Position numbers and translations under genes: made by a program
The notes under the pieces: model-generated
The model's input: the letters and a program-made list of their open reading frames with translations, nothing else
Database searches by the model: none
What the model was told of the DNA's origin: nothing
Shown here: positions 58,743-62,000 of the stretch, one piece after another
Position numbering within the stretch: position 1 is the stretch's first letter
Layout of the letters: every line of letters begins with the position of its first letter
Assembly: GCF_000400465.1 (NCBI RefSeq)
Contig: NW_008806275.1
Location: 429,656-491,655, forward strand
DNA: 62,000 nt
From: Wallemia ichthyophaga EXF-994
Taxonomy: Eukaryota; Fungi; Basidiomycota
Direction: 5' to 3'

Positions 58743-60610
58743 CTACTGCTCCATAGCAGACTGGATCTGATTATGTTGTTGATTATGAATGTTGAAATCA
58801 TATTGACCGAATCCCAAACCATAGTCATCGAAAGAGTTCATGTCTTCTATTCTTATGTCTTCATGTTTTACCAATGGCTGAAGCGGTGGAGGCGGTGGGT
58901 GTGAGTAATCTTCACTACCATCACTTACAACAGATGCAGATACTGCAGATGCGCTAGGCTCTCTTTGATTCGCATTCTTGTCAAACTGTAAAAGTAACCC
59001 CTGTGGTGATGAAGAGTCCGTAGTGTTTCCCTCTCTAATTGCAGTTTGAGCTGCGTTCACTGATTGGGGGTGAATTTTGCGATAATAGTCTAATTCCGCT
59101 TGCATTTCTTTCTGTGCTATTGTTTGAGCATCTACTACCTGTTGAAGATACCTGATGTAGTCAACGGACTTTCTTAAGATAACACCCTTGTTTGGTTTAC
59201 CAGCTGCAGCTGCGGCGACAGCTTGTTGCTTTTGTTGAGATTGTTGTTGTTGTTGTTGGGCACTAGTTGGCGACTGTCCTGGTTGGAGGTTCGCAACTTG
59301 GGTCTCATCCAAAGTCTCCAGTCTGCCGCTAAATGAAGATGGCAACTGATCAGGATGTCTGGGAGAGATAGGCTCGAGGAGTTGGTGGCCCTGTGAGGGG
59401 GTCTGAGATTGTTTATTAGATCTTGAGTTTGGTGGGCCAACGTCTGCGAGTAACTCCTCCGGTAACAACGTAGCCAGCTCAGCTATCCTTTCATTGATAT
59501 TGTCTCGACGTCTTCTTTCGACAGCGTTGTGTGATTCGCGTCTTCTTCTCCTCCTTTCAGTGAGAGACTCACCGGATTTAGCGTCGTCATCTCTCAAACT
59601 ATTATCTTGACCGAGTGAGGAAGGAGTAGCACCGTAATCAACAGACATTCTTCTCTGACCGTTGCTTTCGTTGTTCATAGAAGAATTAGGTTGAGGAACA
59701 GGTGGAGGAGCAGTACCAGCACCGGTACCAGGAAAAGAGTGACCCCATGGCTGGGTAGCAGGAGCAGAGCTCGGAATGAAAATGGCTTGAGCAGGCACAG
59801 GGGTACTAGATTGAGACTGAGGGGTGTTTAAGTGAGGAGCAGGACCAGAAATGCTAGCCCTGGAAGACCTAGAGCGTGAGCTTGGAGCTTTGCCGACACC
59901 ACTGGCGTTTGAAGTGGCTCTGGAGCGAGAGTGAGAATTTTCCCGAACCATGGAATTGCGGCGGGGGTAAGGCTGTGAGGAAAGGTGGGGACTTTCAAAG
60001 CCCATATCATCTGAAGCGGGACTGTTAGATTGATTATCGTAGGGATTCTGACGTTGGAAGTTGATAAGTGGGGAAGGAGGTTGTGGAGGGTGTTGTAAGT
60101 GATGATGTGGCGGTGGCTGAGGAGGGCGGTGTTGTTGCTGTTGTTGCTGTTGTTGCTGCTGCTGATTGTTGAAATTTGCAAAAGGATCGGTCTAAATAGC
60201 TCATTAGTTAGATATTTCCAAGATTAATTAAGGGCGCGGATGTAAGGGCAGCTAAATTAAGCGAGGCTTAAGCGAGGTGGTGGGGACTCCACTCCGAGGG
60301 AAAAATATGCGGGGAGACAACAAGAAAGAAAGAGAAAACTCACCTGCATCCATTGGTTATTTGTGCTTTCAGTTTGCATTAGGCTATCCAGCGTATCCGA
60401 TATGTCAAACGATGAGTGGAGGTCTCTCCAGCTATGGCTGTGGCTGTGTACAGAGCCATTGCTTGGGTGTGTTGCATGTGCATGTGGCTGCTGCTGCTGA
60501 TGTTCTTGCGGCTGAGATTCCTGTGGGCTATTGAAACCTCCCTCCTGTCTGATCTTTGGGATTGAGGACGATAACGGGTTTGAAGGCATGAAGAAACCAG
60601 AAGGTGGCAT
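58743..60610 (-). CDS. bHLH(-ZIP) transcription factor, MiT/TFE/USF/Rtg3-like (intron 60192-60343)
   Basis: RRRESHNAVERRRRDNINERIAELATLLP...KPNKGVILRKSVDYIRYLQ. A Q/H-rich N-terminal exon joins in frame via GTGAGT..CTAAC..TTAG. Confidence 0.88.
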
Positions 60611-60845
60611 TGCTCTGTGTCTTAATATTTTATTGAATTTATTTTTTATTTTCCAACTTGATGGTTTCTACCTGAGGACCCCCTCTAATTCCGGGTGGTT
60701 GGCGGCGTAACTCATTTTTTTCACACAGCGCATATTAACCGGTTGTTATGGTGAGATATATTTCAGTTATTTAAAATATATTTTATCTCTTTTTCTTTTT
60801 CAATTTGAGCATTTCAAGCAAAACTGCTCTTTATCCTTTGCGTTG

Positions 60846-62000
60846 ATGCTACTCAGGCCAGTCAGAAGATTTACAAGTCCATTGAGGCTACTCAGCGTTG
60901 TTAGATCTACAGCCACGGTATCCGCATCCAGCCAATCACAGCAGCCACCCTCCCGGCACCATCCTCAGCCTGAATTCCCGCAGCTTATTCCTTCTAGCGT
61001 ACAGACAGGCAGCTACCACCCAATCGCTCCTGATGACAGCCACAAGCGTAAAGAGGACGATGAATCTTTCGATTCCGTTGCCACAAAGCTCTCGCCAGAG
61101 ACTATGAAAGCTATCACAGTTTCACCACACAAGCATACAAAAATGTCTGCTGTACAATCTGCTATCTTCAACCTTCTCCCTGGCTTATCTGATGCCCAAT
61201 CAAATGACAGGAAAGACCTCTTTGTCAAGTCTAAGACTGGTACTGGTAAAACTATGGCCTTCTTGGTGCCTGCCATTGAAGCTAGACTTATGGCTATTCA
61301 GAATGCATTTGATTCTGCTTCTGGTTCTGATAAAGAAAAGTTTAAAGCTGGTAAACAATACGCTAATAGTACCGTTGGCGCTGTGATTATCAGTCCAACA
61401 AGAGAATTAGCCACTCAAATTGCTAACGAAGCTATAAAACTCTGTACGCATCACAAAGGCTTTCAAGTTAGACTCTTCGTTGGTGGCGCCAACAAAGGAA
61501 AGCAACTCTCAGAATTCAAAAACGGTAGAGGCGATATCATTGTTACCACCCCTGGTCGTATGAATGATGTTCTACAAACTAGTCCTATGGTTAAATCTGC
61601 TTTGAACACTTCTCCAACTGTACGTTACAATCTGCTTCACCCATCCACGCTCATACAGCTCTAGCTTATCCTCGATGAAGCAGATACTTTACTTGAAATG
61701 GGTTTTAAGGATGAACTCAATGCCATCATCGAACACCTCCCAGGTCATCCAACTCGTCAATCCGTTCTACTCTCCGCTACCCTCTCAGAAGGTATTAGAA
61801 AGGTCGCCAAATCTATCCTTAAACCAAACCATCTTTACATAGACACAGTACCAGAAGGCGAGAGCAACTCGCATGCTAAAATTCCTCAATTTTACTCTGC
61901 ATTATCATCCCCTGGCCACCAGTTACCACATTTACTTAGATTGATATCCCACGATCAGCTCACGAATCCAAAATCAAAGATAATGATTTTTTGCCCAACA
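60846..62000 (+). CDS. MSS116: Mitochondrial DEAD-box RNA helicase (Mss116/CYT-19-like), 3' truncated by the window
   Basis: Presequence MLLRPVRRF, Q-motif, KSKTGTGKT, ISPTRELA, TPGRMND, (intron) LILDEAD and LLSAT. Confidence 0.8.

Noticed and set aside
1-62000. Search for CRISPR arrays, rRNA, LTR/TIR elements, viral RdRp/capsid and NRPS/PKS genes
   Set aside because: I saw no repeat-spacer arrays, rRNA signatures, long terminal repeats or corresponding protein motifs in this window.

Overview
Very compact, intron-containing fungal nuclear DNA. Introns are mostly 45-55 nt GT-AG and intergenic gaps are often under 100 bp. A spermidine synthase-saccharopine dehydrogenase (SPE3-LYS9) fusion points to Basidiomycota, and the compactness is Wallemia-like (inference). 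I reconstructed about 35 protein-coding genes, mostly single-copy housekeeping genes: eIF3a, REX3, ARP5, AOX, a sugar porter, NIC96, Rab8/SEC4, a SNF2/BRG1 ATPase, ECH, GST, an ABCC pump, an AIF/FSP1-like oxidoreductase, LSM14, TMA22, WHI2-like, MPC1, MEF1, sidA, SMC2, ERV29, MATE, a WOPR TF, ATL1, NOC3, SCS7, CDC8, a bHLH TF and MSS116-like. There is also one tRNA-Cys(GCA) and a small complex I subunit gene absent from the ORF track. I saw no transposon, CRISPR or rRNA. The main oddities are: (1) a stand-alone tandem Smr-like gene whose second domain is interrupted by an in-frame TAG-C, with the fold continuing for 30 more codons; (2) a perfect 16-bp double-GATA palindrome inside the enlarged first intron of the siderophore gene sidA, plus a GATA-rich promoter; (3) a 5-nt microexon in Rab8; (4) head-to-head ATGs only 30-44 bp apart and same-strand genes only 35-79 bp apart; (5) an AIF/FSP1-like protein that has lost its first Rossmann glycine motif; (6) a 2.9-kb gene-poor island with orphan ORFs. 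All exon boundaries were read by eye, and no database searches were run.
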